The notes beneath the pieces are model-generated. The model saw only the letters and a list, made by a program, of their open reading frames with translations, was not told the origin of the DNA and searched no databases. Below, piece after piece: positions 28,548 to 41,819 of a DNA stretch of 64,000 bases. Source of the stretch: the human T2T-CHM13v2.0 reference genome, Homo sapiens; contig CP068257.2 of NCBI GenBank assembly GCA_009914755.4, forward strand, positions 19,936,001 through 20,000,000, in the 5' to 3' direction. A program made the position numbers and the translations under genes. The stretch's first letter is position 1. Every line of letters starts with the position of its first letter.

Positions 28548-29430
28548 TGTTAGCCAGTAACTAGTTCAAAAATTGAAACAGTAATAAAAAACCTTCCAAA
28601 CCAAAAAAGCATGAATCAGATGGATTCACTGCTGAATTCTACCAGATGTACAAAGAAGGGTTAGTACCCATCCTACTGAAATTATTCCAAAAAAATCAAG
28701 GAGAAGGGACTCCTCCCAGATTCAGTCTACAAAGGGTGCATCAATCTGATACCAAAACATGCCAGAAACATAATAAAAAATAAAACTTTAGGTAGGTCAA
28801 TATCCCTGATTTACATAGATACAAAAATACTCAACAAAATACTGGCAAACCAATCCAGCAGCACATCAAAAAATTAATTAACTACAATCAAATAGGCTTG
28901 ATTCCTGGAATGGAAGGCAGGTTCAACACACATAAATGTGATTCACCACATAAACCAAATTAAAAACAAAAACCACATGGTCATCTTAATAGATGCAGAA
29001 AAGAGTTTTGATAAAATTTAACATATATTTATGTTAAAAACCTTCAACAAATTAGGCATTGGAAGGACATACTTCAAAATAATAAGAATCATCTATGACA
29101 AACACACACTAATATCATACTGAATGAACAAAAGCTGGAAACATTCCCTTTAAAAACTGGAACAAGACAAAGATGCCCACTCTTACCACTACTATTCAAT
29201 ATAGTGCTGGCAGTTCTAGCAAGAGCAATCAGGTGAAAGAAAAACACAAATGGCATCCAAATAAACAAAAGGAAGTTTGCTGATGATATGATTCTATACC
29301 TAGAAATCTCACTCTGCCAAAAGCCTCCTAGAAGTGATAAACAACTTCGTTAAAGGCTTGGGATACAAGATCAATGCACACAAATTAGTTCCATTTCCGT
29401 AACTAATAATGTCTTGGCATTTTGTAATTT
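28548..29430 (+). mobile_element. L1 ORF2 reverse-transcriptase segment in sense orientation, directly abutting the antisense L1 segment
   Basis: Translation ...[53 protein letters not shown]...[48 protein letters not shown]... is colinear with L1 ORF2 ...[15 protein letters not shown]...ILPNSFYEASI.LIPKP...[56 protein letters not shown].GTY.... Confidence 0.75.
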
Positions 29431-31489
29431 AGGAATTTGAAATTTGAGCTTGATGAATGAGTAAAACTGATTCTCACACTGATCTACAGCAGTCAATGTT
29501 CTTGTATACAAAACATCAGAGATTGTATTGTATAATTTGTAAACCAGGAAAGTAACTTTTAACTAAAGCAAATATGCATAAAATTTATTTTAGTATCAAA
29601 AAAAGTAAAGTCATACTTGTAGGATTATTTATTCTAAATTATTCTAGTAATAATTTATATTCTTCAACTAGATAAGATATTGTTAGAATTAAAATGGAAA
29701 ATATGATGATTATGGATTTAAAATTTTATAGTTAAAATGTCCTAGAGATGTATGAACATTTTAGTATAACATTACACCAATGTATTACAACAAACTCGGT
29801 TTTAAAAATAAATAGGCTAATTTTAAAACAAAACAAAAAAAAACTAGAACAATAGAATTCAGGAATCAAGGATTCCAGTGAATAATTCATTTTTTGGTGG
29901 ATCCAAATGTCAACGTATTTATAAATTTGTTTTGACAAAAACTTATCTGGAATTCTCTACTTTAATTAAACTTGTGTAAAGTGATAGAACATATTTCAGT
30001 CTAATACATCATTTTCACAAGTAAAACTTTTATTTTGGGGCTAAGAAAGTAATTAAATGCTGAAGAATTGATCACAAATAAAGTGGAGTATATTTCAGTG
30101 AAAAGAAAAAGCTTAAACAAGAAGCATGATTAGCACAAATCCCTTGAATGTATGAATATCTGGAAAAAGTTTAGTCAGGGTCAGAAAATAGAAAATAGAA
30201 TGTGACGTGTGAAATCATTAAAACGATATTTAAATGTTAAAATGTAAATTGAGGCTAAGACAACTGAAACAATTGAAAACAATAAAATAGCTTAATTTTT
30301 TCAAAAGAAATAATAGAATCAACTTACTAATTAAGAAAGCTAAAAATGATCCTCCATGCTCAATTAATAAATAAACCAAGAACCTGGTTTTGTATATAAA
30401 TTAAACATAAACTTTGTACATATTTTTATCTGATAAAAATATGGCATTTATATATGGGCAAAGCCAAATTTTGGATTATATTGAAAAGCAAATTTTCATA
30501 GCTTGGTTAGATCCTGTTTAATGCTAAACCATTTACTTGTTAGAAACGGCTTTATTCTCAATCCTCATTGATGCTTAGCAAAAACAAGCTTAAATGTTGC
30601 CCTGTCCATCTCCTGTACTGGGCATTCACTTCGAAAAGATGACTCCTTGGCTTTAAGTTGACAGAGTGTTTATTATCCACTAAAAGCAATAACTAACTAG
30701 TCCACAAGTACTAAATCCTAAGGCAGATTTAATCGACCCTGCTCTGCTAACAGCACGTTGCAGTCCTTCATTTGCCGTTTTCCACATTATTTTGACTTGA
30801 CATTGTCTTTCTTTCTCAGTGTATCATACATCCAACAAGGATAGAGGCCCTTTTTTGCTCTTCTTTATAACCTTACAACTAGGTTAAATGCCCGAGACAC
30901 AACAGATACGTAGTAAATGCTATTCACTGGTGAGTTCAGTCAAAGTTCTCAGGCTATTTGTAACAGGTTGGCACAATTTAAGGACCCTTTTGTTTCCTTA
31001 GCTCATCTAGATAATGCAGTGATGACTTGCTTTATGTTTTCTCATTGCTGCAGAGGCTTGAAACATCCTGAGAGATTCAATGACATTTGCTATTCAAACA
31101 TTTTTGTTCCAATTAATAGCGGTGCTTCTCAAGGGGAAATGCAGCACAAATGACTGGTCTCAGAAACATTCCCTTTTTGGGATAACTGAAGAAGAAAATC
31201 AAAATATGCCATGGTTTTAATGAAAACAGTCTGCATAACTCTCAGTAGAAGTGGGAAACTGGGAATTATATTGTGATATAGAGCGTGTCAGACGGAAAGT
31301 GACCATTGCTCTCAGCTACTATCATTGGAATAAATCAACAGCACAATTAATGAATTGACCTAGTTATCTTTTTAACTAACCTGTAAGGATTCCATTAGTT
31401 TACAGTGTTATTCTTTTAAAAATCAAAAAATGTATGCATGCGTCCTTTAAATTTCCTACCTGTTAGCAATAAAGCGAAAATAATTTAAG

Positions 31490-31563
31490 TAGGTTGATGC
31501 AAAAGTAATTGTGGTTTTGTCACTACTTTTAATGGCAAAAACTGCAATTACTTTTGCACCAAC
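31490..31563. mobile_element. MADE1 (Hsmar1-derived MITE), an ~74-bp near-perfect hairpin
   Basis: taggttgatgcaaaagtaattgtggttttgtcactacttttaatggcaaaaactgcaattacttttgcaccaac matches the MADE1 consensus ttaggttggtgcaaaagtaattgcggtttttgccattaaaagtaatggcaaaaaccgcaattacttttgcaccaacctaa. The two arms are ~27-nt inverted complements. Confidence 0.8.
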
Positions 31564-32978
31564 ACAACACATTAAACTCACTACCATCTTATAGAAATTT
31601 AGCTCATTCACACAGACATATTATCAGAACATATTTGTGAGGCACTTTAAATGTATAAAATGCCACTTTTGTTTTAATGATGTCAACCACCTAAGAAGGC
31701 AGTTTGAAGAAGTATTGCTAATTGTATTTAATATTAGAGTCAGCAGAATCACAAATAATGTTTTGAATTTTAAAAAGTAGTAAAGAATCAAAATTGGAAA
31801 AAACTTTTACTTCAAAATTGTCCTTTTGTGAGCAAAATAGATTTAATTTTAATTAATTAAAGAAATCTTTATGTTACCTCCTCCTTTCTTTTTTCTTCTA
31901 TCTTTGAGCATCTGGTTACTTATTTAACTCAGAGTTTTAGTTCAGGGTATCAAGGAGTGTCATGGAAACTTCTAACCCTAATTTCTAATGATAACCATGT
32001 GTGAAGAAAGGAAGACATTACCCATGACTAAAATAAAAAGCTTTAAGGTGAGAATCATAAAGAGTATACATCTCATGGTTTCTCAAGTGAGTAAAGTCTA
32101 AAGGGGTTTGCAGCCTGAGATGAACCTGGAGTTCATTGTTAGATATATGTTTTAGAGAAAAATCATCCTTCAACTTCATAGCACAACATCACTCATTCAT
32201 CAATTAAATTAATCAATTTATTCACCCATCAATATTTTCATGGAAGTGTCTGCTATCTTCCAGGTGTCATGCTAAGTTCTGGCTATATGACGGTAAACAA
32301 AACCATCGTGCCTGGCTCACTTTTGTGGGAGATACAGATTTTTAGCAAATATACACACAATTATAAATTTTGAAATTGTAATAAATGTTACTGAGAAGAG
32401 GGGGAACAACCCTTAGATTCCCTGTAAGGAAACAAACAGAAAAAGCAGGGAAGGGAAAGATATTTAAACAGAATTGAATGGCAAGCACACTAAGACAATT
32501 AAAGAAAAAGTCTAAGAAGGGTGAAGGTGTGGAGCACTGAGGAGCTGCTGGATGGTAGGTAGTGTATCCAAGACTGCCAAGAGGTAAATTTGGGAGTGGT
32601 GGGAGAAGCCAGGTCACATAGAACCCTGAAGACCAAGTCAGAGGATCAATTTTATTCTAAGAGCATTGAAAATCATGTAGACAGATTGTAAGCTGAGGAA
32701 TGACATGTTGTAAGAACATTATCATGGATGCTATGCGGAGACATTGGAAGAATGGAAATGAGGAAACAAGGATGCAAAGCTATTGTAATACTATAGGCAA
32801 AAGATTTTTTTTTGACTCAAGTTATTCTGGAACCATGAAGGTGAGATGAACTATACACAGTTTTAAATTACTTTGGGGTAGAATGACACAAGGTGAGAGG
32901 TTGCATATGGTACTTGAGAAAATATATTTATATCAAGCACGACTTACAACTTTCTACATTGTATATAAAGGATATCTT

Positions 32979-33267
32979 GGCGGGGCACGGTGGGTCACGC
33001 CTGTAATCCCAGCATTTTGGGAATCCGAGGAGGGTGGATCATCTGAGGTCAGCGGTTAGAGACCAGCCTGGCCAACATAGTGAAACCCTGTTTCTACTAA
33101 AAATACAAAAAAAAAAAAAAATTAGCTGGGCATGGTGGTGCATTCCTGTAATCCCAGCTACTACTCGGGAGGTTGAGGCAGGAGAATCACTTGAACCCAG
33201 GAGATAGAAGTTGCAGTGAGCCGAGACTCCAGCCTGGGCGACAGGGTGAGACTCCTCAAAAAAAAAG
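32979..33267 (+). mobile_element. Alu SINE with A-tail
   Basis: ggcggggcacggtgggtcacgcctgtaatcccagcattttgggaatccgaggagggtggatcatctgaggtcagcggttagagaccagcctggccaacatagtgaaaccctgtttctactaaaaatacaaaaaaaaaaaaaaattagctgggcatggtggtg ... gactcctcaaaaaaaaa. Flanking ggatatc(t/a)t is a possible TSD. Confidence 0.9.
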
Positions 33268-33299
33268 GCGGGCGGATATCATTTACTTTGAATACTTTC

Positions 33300-33697
33300 T
33301 GAATTCCTAGGAAAATTGTTATGGATGGTAGTAGCAATAATTCAAGTGAAGACACATGCTACAACATGGATGATACAACAAGGATAAGCATTAAAGACAG
33401 CATGCTAAGTGAAATAAGTCAGTCACAAAAGAACAGTTGGATGATTCTTCTTACATAAGGTGTCTAGAGTCAGAAAGTAGTTTGGTGGCAGTCAGGGGCT
33501 GTGGCAGCAGGGAATTAGTAGTTAGTGTTCAACGGATACAGTGTTTCAGTTGGGGAACATGAAAAAAGCTCTGGAGATGGATAGTTGTAATAATTGAACA
33601 AAAATGTGAATTACCTATACCACTGAATTTTACATTTAAAAATCATTTCAATGGTAAATTTTGTGTTATAGACATTTTACCACAATAAAAAAAAAAA
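33300..33697 (+). mobile_element. L1 (L1M-type) extreme 3' end with poly-A
   Basis: Encodes ...MLSEISQSQKNSWMILLT... then the canonical L1M 3' UTR (gtggcagtcaggggctgtggcagcagggaattagtagttagtgttcaacggatacagtgtttcagttggggaacatgaaaaaagctctggagatggatagttgtaataattgaacaaaaatgtgaattacctataccactgaattttacatttaaaaatcatttcaatggtaaattttgtgttatagacattttaccacaataaaaaaaaaaa). Confidence 0.65.
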
Positions 33698-34767
33698 TAG
33701 AAAAAAAATGTTGAACTCAGCAAGACTGAAATTTATCTGGATGAATTCATAAAAACTACCATGCATATTTAAGAATATATTCCACATCAATTTAATGTAT
33801 AAATTTAATGTGTGTGAACTAAAACACAATGTAAGAAATTTTGCCCTCTTCCTGTGGCTGCATTTTGAATTTTATCTGGAAATTTTTTGAGAATGTTTTG
33901 CATGCTCTGTGTGTCAGGTTTTAGGTAGTCTTTTGTCCTTGTTAAGATCTGGTACTCCACTTTCCCTCATTTTAAATAACTTTCACTTGACTTTCATTTC
34001 CATGCCAATAAGTTCATTCTAGTAATAAAATTTTATTGTCACTCTTTCCAAGTTTTTATTTTCACCGTTTTATGAATACTATCAGGAGACAAGAAAGAGC
34101 TTTACCCTTATATACCAATGTGCCACTCAAATTTATTTTCTGAAGTTAATCAAAAAGTTTTGGAGAATTTATTTTCCCCTATGATTATCTAAATGTGTCA
34201 ATTCACATAACATATAGATATTCCAAAAATTCAGCACCACAGAAGACCACATTAACACCATTGTAATATTTTAATTATTGGACTGAGTGGATCTTAGTCT
34301 TTTTAAATGAAAAGAGGATTCCACCCTCTCTACCCCTTACCCTGGCTCAATATCTCTCACATAATAGATGCAGGAAAATAATTTACTGATATGGTAGATA
34401 TGTGCCATCTGCCCATCGGGGATAGTAGAGGTGTCTGGTGTTACGAACAGCAGTAAAGTTCAAGTTTCCAACTCAGAAGTAGCATCTCTGTGGGGTAGTG
34501 GTGATTGCAGAACAGTCAAGGTCTTTGTATTTTGTGCTAGGAGGTAGCAATGACAACTTCAATAGTGTTTTTATTAGAACACTTTTTTCTTTTTTGCATT
34601 CTTTCACATTTTTTTTCCTAGAAGCAGAGCCTCAATTCTGTGTTTCCAGGTTTCATAATGATTCTGTGCACTATTTAATACACTTTTAATTAAGTATGTC
34701 TCGGTTTCAACCAGTAAAAATCGATTCTGTTCTTTAGAATAACCTGACTGATAAAATTGATAGAAAC

Positions 34768-34798
34768 CTTCATTCATTCATTCATTCATTCATTCATC
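34768..34798. repeat. (CATT)n / (TTCA)n tetranucleotide microsatellite, ~7 units
   Basis: ttcattcattcattcattcattcattcatcc. Confidence 0.9.
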
Positions 34799-36989
34799 CA
34801 GTTGTTTATCAATTGTAAATGGCATTTATCACTCTATCATTCATCCAGTCACTTAGACAAACGTTTATTTAGCATCTACTTTTTCCCAAGGTCTGACTTG
34901 GGTAAAGAGTAAGAAAAGAGCTAAAATATATATGTCTCCTTCAAAAATATTTACACCTACTCAAGGGGCATGCTATGTAAGTGGACAATCACAGTAATAG
35001 TGTGGTGAGAATTACAAATAAATACTCAGAGAGCAATATATGAAATAAAGAGGGACAACCTTGCCAAGCTTGAGTGATCAAGGAAGACTTCTCAGAAACA
35101 ACAGTGTTTCTCAAAGTGTGATTTATAGATCATGTGCATTAGAGTCACCTGCTGGGGTTTAAACATCCCAAGTTGATTGCCTTTATCTATATCTACTGAA
35201 TCAAAATATTTGACTTTTTACCCAGGAATCCATATGTGGAACAAAGATTCTAGAAATATAAGTAAGTTGGGAAAGAATCTGGAAGATGCTTTTTCAAAGT
35301 CCTGGAAGTAAGAGAGAACAGTCGAATGTTTAATATCCCAAGAACAAAGGAGCCAGAGGGACAGATACAGTAACTTCAAGTATGTCTGGCTTAGCATATT
35401 TTGACGTTTATGTGAACTATCAAAGTTTGGGGTCAAAGAGATGTGGATTTGTATCTTCCACTAAGTACACTGGCCGTGGTGCTTCAGTTTTGCTTGCTAT
35501 AGTTTTTCCGTCTTGACAGGAAGAAGAGTGACAGCAACTCATAGGGAGATAGTGAGAATTAAATTCACTTAATTGTATAAAGACACTCACTCTCAACAAA
35601 GGTTAGTTTCATCATATTCATATGTATTTTTGCCAAAAAGAGTTGTTTGTTAGCTTGGTTAAATATCATGCCAAAGAAGTGTTTATGGTCATTCACTTTA
35701 TGCAGTGTACAGAGAGCAGCTGTGCAGATGGAAACTTAATAAATGGCTTTTTAACAACAGTCATGATAGTGGTTTGTACCTTCTTAAGTTCTGTTTAATG
35801 TTATTGAGTTTGTATTACATTCTGCTAAAGAAACATGGGCCTTTGAAAAGCATATGGGAAAGTATTTGTTGATGATATGAAAATTGGCTCTGATTCTGCT
35901 TGCAAATAATAGCAAATGAAAGATAGATATATTTGGCCAAATGTCAAACCAAATATTTTTAAATGTATTGGGAATATCTTAACAGATGTTTCCCAATGTT
36001 TAATATTGTTTTGGTGAAGTTTAGTTTAATATTGTATTTGGTGAAAATAATATTGGCATAATATTTTCATTCAGAGCTAAACTACTTTTTTTTAAAGAAT
36101 GTAAAACCATATCCCTCCCATCTGATTATGACCCTTTTGTTATTGATTTGAGTAAAAGAGGACTAGAACAATTATGCTTGAAATCACTCTTCATTGAGGC
36201 TTTCCATTTTTGGTGTTTCATGCTGCTCTTGTTTTCTTGATTTCCCATGAAATCAGATATTATTTTCTAATTATGGAAGCACAATAACAGCTGAGCTACA
36301 GCAAGCTCTTCTTGCTCTGGCTTTTGTAAACAAGGTATTGATGATTTCAGCAGATGTCCCTGATTTGAGATCTTTTGCTTCTTTCTAGGCAGGGGATGCT
36401 CAAACCATAGACACAAATCTGCTTTTCCAGGAATAACGTGCTAGCAACATGGTCAGCAACCCCAAGATTTTTAGCTATTACTCCCGAAAACCTCATCTGC
36501 TCAGTAACTACACTAGCCATCTGTTCCCCTAAAATTGTTTTCATTTCTTCTAACATTCAGTTGTTACTTAATACTAATCTATTTCAATGTTTTATGGTAT
36601 TTACTGCTCTGCATAACAACTGTACTTGTTCACTAACATTTGTTATCCGTTTTACATCATGAACATATATGTCTTCTTATTGTATTTTTTTTTCTTTTTT
36701 TAGTTGGGAGTGGAATTGCTGTTTTTATTATCCGCGGTCCTCTGACTATATATTCCTCACCATGTCGTGCAAAGCCTTCTACAATTTGATGTTAACCGGC
36801 CCTTTTACAGGCTGAGTATCCCTTCTGTAGAAATGTTGGAGGTCCAGAAATGTTTCAGATTTCAGATGTTTTTAAATTTCATAATATTTTCATATATATA
36901 ATGAGATATTTGGGGGATGGGACCCAAGTCTAAACAGGAAATTCATTTTGTTTCATATACCTTATATAACATAGCCTAAGGGTAATTTC

Positions 36990-37386
<397 letters not shown>

Positions 37387-40300
37387 TCATACAATATTTT
37401 TAATACTTTTTTGGCATGAAGCAAAGTTTTGACTGCATTTTGGCTGTGAGCCATCACATGAAGTCAGGTATGGAATTTTCCACTTGTGGCTTCATGTTGA
37501 TGCTGAAAAAATTTCAGATTTTGGAGTATTTCAGATTTCAAAATTTTGAATTAGAAATGCTCAACTCGTACCACATATTACATCCTTTACAAACCTCTCA
37601 TTCCATCGGAAGTAGGTTCTTTCTAAAGATGCCTGTAATTTTTCCATCTTTATGCCTTTGCTTATTCTGTTTTTCCCTCATGCACTTTTTTCTCACAGTT
37701 CTACAAGTTTCAACTTTAAAACAATTATAAATGGTATCTTCTGTCCATGGATATTTAGAAGATATTAGCTGGGATAATCTGCACTATTAACACTCCAGCT
37801 GCCAGGCTTCCAGACAGGGACTTCCCAGTCTTCCTAATCACTTGAGGCAATACCTTACAATAAGTATCTTCATATGTATTCTACATAGTTCTGTTTTTCT
37901 CTGCGTAAGCCTGTCTAACACATTCGTAACCTCATTGTGGTTTAATTGCATTTCCCTGAATACCTGTGACATTTGCTAAATATCAGAAGAATGGATAAAT
38001 TGTATTCATACAGTAGAATAAAATAGTGTAATTAAGACAAAGAAACTACACCTATGTTATCAACATGAGTGAGTCTTAAATAATAAAATTGTTATTAAAA
38101 AACATGTGTGGAATATTTATCATCTCTTACTACATATATAGTAAGATACCATCTATATAAAAATCTAAAAATAGACTAATCAAGCTTATGTTGGCTTATT
38201 GATGCATTTATAAATAGTGCTGGCACTCAGAAACTGATATCCCAAAATATGAAACTTTGAATGACGAACTAAAGAAGAAGCCACATGGTCTCTGTGACCT
38301 TTCCCTCATCTTGTCTCTCAATCTTCTGTCTCTCCCAAACCAGAGAATGAAGTTATTCTCTGACATCTCCTTATCTGCCTAAAATCTGGACCCACCAAAG
38401 AAGAAAACAGTTACCTCTGCTCCCTTCCTGAATCTTCATTCACAGGAAGAGTAAAGTCTGTCAACACACTGGGACAGACTTTTGTCATTGTATATTCTCC
38501 AAGCCCACAGAATTCCCCTAAAAATCATTTACTACTCCCCCTAAAATTATTCACACTTTCCCAAATCCCTTTCCCCTAAGAAGCGTACATAAGCACCTGT
38601 CCCCTGTTGGTTTGGAGTTAATCACTCTGTGATTTTCCTCCATGCACATTAATAAAAATTTGCATGCCATTTCGCCTATTAATCCGCCTTTTGTCAGTCA
38701 ATTTTCAACAAACTTTCAAAGGTTTCTCTTCACCTTTACAATCGCAAAGGTGATTACTTCTGGGAACAGTGGATAGAGACTGACGCTGTGTAGGGATACA
38801 CAAGACTTTTTTTTTTTTATTTGATTCTGGAATAGTTTATATTACAGATGGGTTCACAGTATTTTATTTTCTCAACAGTTTTCTAGCTCAGAAATACTTT
38901 AATGATTAAAAACAAACAAAAAAAAGGGATTGCATATAGATGATTCTATTTTATTCTCTTTATTTGTTTTCTTACAATAATTTTTTTAAAATAAGAAGTA
39001 AGAACTGTGCCTAACTCCTTTTCACTGCTACATTCCTAGTCTAAGCCATCACAGTCATTTGTCACTATTACTGCAGTTGGATGCTAAATGGTCTCCCTCT
39101 TTCTATCCTCCCCTTAAATGGTCTATTTTATTTTGAAAATTACCATCAATTCTTCAAATATTTAAGTCAGATCATATCCCTTTTCTGCACTAAAACTTAC
39201 AATCAATTTCTATTTCATCAGAACAGCAAATAAACAATAAGCTCCATACAATGGCCATAAGACCTCCTGCCAATTATCTGTCTTTATCTTCTACTAATCT
39301 ACTGATCACAAATGCAGGAGAATATCTTAGAACTCTTGTTCTAGATATCCATTTTGCTTGGAACACTTTTTCCAAAGATATGTGCTTAGCTAGTCCCTCA
39401 CCTCCTTCAGGTTTTTTTCTCATATCTGACTTTCTCACAGGGATCTACCTAAACCACCAAATTTAGTGCTATAGCAGGTACTCCAGTGACACCATCATGC
39501 TGCTGATCTTTCCTTATTACACTCTATTTTTTCCATTTTCAGTAGCTTGCGCATTTAAACGTGCCACATAATGTAATTATTTGTAGGTGTACTGGTTATT
39601 GTGCATCTCCTCCACTAGAACATATGCTCCCCAAGGCAAGAAATCTTTATTTGGTTCAGCAACGATCTCAAGTAGCTAGACTAGGTGGCACTCAATAAAT
39701 ATTTGTGAAATGAATACATCAATACATAATTGATAAAAGAGAAAGTTTTCATATTTTAGCTCATACTTGTTTTGGGAAATTTCTCATGGAGCACAAAAGT
39801 CGGCAGAGTAAGTGGCATTAAATACAGTCATGCATCAATGAATGACAGGATACACTTTGATAAACACATTGTTAGATGATTTCATCATTGGGTAAAGATC
39901 ATAGAGTGTCCTTACACAAGCTTAGAAGGTAGTCTATATATAGTCTACTATAAATACTATGTATATAGTCTATATGTAGTATATATGTATATACTATATA
40001 AATAGACTTATATAGTCTACTACATACCAAGGCTATATGGTTTATCCCACTGCTCTCAGTTGACGAATCTTTACATTACAACATGTTCTTATACTGAATA
40101 TTGGAGACAATTGTAACATAGTGATAAGTGTTTGTGAATTGAAAAACCGCTAAACATAGCAAAAATACAGCAACAAAGATAGTATAAAAAATTTTTAAAA
40201 AGTGGTATACTTGCATGGGGCATTTACCATCAGTGGAGCTTTCAGAACTGGAAATTGTTCTAGTAAGTCATTGAGTGAGTGGTGAGTGAATGTGAAGGTC

Positions 40301-41400
40301 TAGGACATTACTGTGCAATACCATAGACCTTGTAAACAACGTACACTTAAGTTACACTAAATTTCAAAAGAATAAAGTAATTGCACTATGATGTTATGAT
40401 AGCTACAATGACACTGGGTGATAGAAATTTTTCAGTTTCCTTAAAATTTCATGGGGCCACCATAGTATATATGGTCTAGGGTAGACGGTAAAGTCATTAT
40501 GTGGCCCTTGAGTATACTTTCTCTCTCTCTGTGAATATGTGTACATTTACAACTTCATATAGCTAAATTTGCCCAAAGTCATATGTGCATAATGGTGCAA
40601 ATCCACTGAGAATTTTCTAGGCACTGTACTAAAGATCTAAGGTATAAGGATTCTGAAATTGCATAAAATAGCTCCCTGCTCTAGGGGAGCACAGTTATTT
40701 TATTCTTAATTCCTATTTACATGTCTTTGGCTAAAGTAAGCCATGTGATCCTGCCTAATTTCAAGATACAGAAGTGCAATACCACCATATTGCACAAGGA
40801 GATCCAGAAATATTTGTAACAGCAATAATGATGACCTGATTGGTCATATATAATTCCAGGCATTCTTTTCTACTCCATAGCCTCCTTGAAAATCTCTTCA
40901 ATAAATAGCATAGAAAAGAAAAATGTCAAGTTATGAGTGTCTTGTGTTATCTCACTTTGAACATTGAATATACTTGTTCACCATTGAGAACTTCACCCTT
41001 ATTTCTAAACATCAATGCCCCTCAAAAACATCAAAGCATTGAGTACTCTGGAAATTACTTTTTGATATGATTACAACTAGGAGAATATCTATCCCATGGT
41101 TTCCATTCCTGACATCCTTTTGGGATTACTTGGAGCACTTATTAAACATAGACCTTTGGTATCACTTTAGAAGATTAAGACTGAGTAGATCTGAGGTGAA
41201 TATCATAAAAATATTAAAATAGGCATCCCATCCAACAGGGTTCTAATATAGCTATGTGGGGACTATGGCTTGTATGAAAAAAAAAAAGCATTTGTAAAAT
41301 GCTTCTGTAGTGAATGACAGTGACTGTTCACAGGACAATTTCTGCTCTTGGGGACTACAGCCTGTCTTGGGCTCAACCTGCTGCCTCTGAATTCACTTGA

Positions 41401-41819
41401 TGCATTTTGGATATTTGTCCCCTCCAAATCTCACCTTGAAATGTAATCAGCAATGTTAGAGGTGGAGCTTATTGGGAGGTATTGGATTATGGTGGTGGAT
41501 CCTTAATGAATGGTTTAGCACTGTCCTCTTAGTGATGAGTGTGTCTTTGCTCAGCTAGCACCTGCAAGATCTGGTTGTTTAAAGGAGTCTGGGACCTCCC
41601 CACCTCCCACCCCCTTACTCTTGCTCTCACCATGTCATGGGCTGGCTCCCTGTCGCGTGCTACCATGATTCTAAGCTTCCTGAGCCCTCACCAGAAACAT
41701 ATGCCAGCATCATGCTTCCTGTAAAGCCAGCAGAACCATAAGCCAATTAAACCTATTTTTAAAATGGATTACCCAGCTTCAGGTGTTTATTTATTACGAC
41801 ACAAGAATGGACTAACACA
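41401..41819 (+). mobile_element. Solo MaLR-type LTR (MST/MLT-like)
   Basis: tgcattttggatatttgtcccctccaaatctcaccttgaaatgtaatcagcaatgttagaggtggagc ... ccagcatcatgcttcctgtaaagccagcagaaccataagccaattaaacctatttttaaaatggattacccagcttcaggtgtttatttattacgacacaagaatggactaacaca; the canonical MaLR LTR architecture. Confidence 0.55.

Noticed and set aside
32590-32978. Sequence resembling a common ancient dispersed repeat (ggtcacatagaaccctgaagaccaagtcagaggatcaattttattctaagagcattgaaaatcat...)
   Set aside because: Recognisable as repeat-like by motif, but I cannot name the family or define boundaries. Not reported as a feature.
33268-33295. ggcgggcggatatc after the Alu A-tail, considered as a second truncated Alu
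   Set aside because: Too short (about 10 bp of similarity); more likely chance or part of a degenerate tail/TSD.
38230-38790. Possible solo ERV LTR (contains aataaa...gcatgccatttcgcc and several retained CpGs)
   Set aside because: I could not identify TG...CA termini, a TSD, or a consensus I recognise. Left unannotated as low-confidence.
39950-40030. TATAG-rich low-complexity stretch, considered as a minisatellite
   Set aside because: Irregular units, no clear periodicity; just low-complexity AT-rich DNA.
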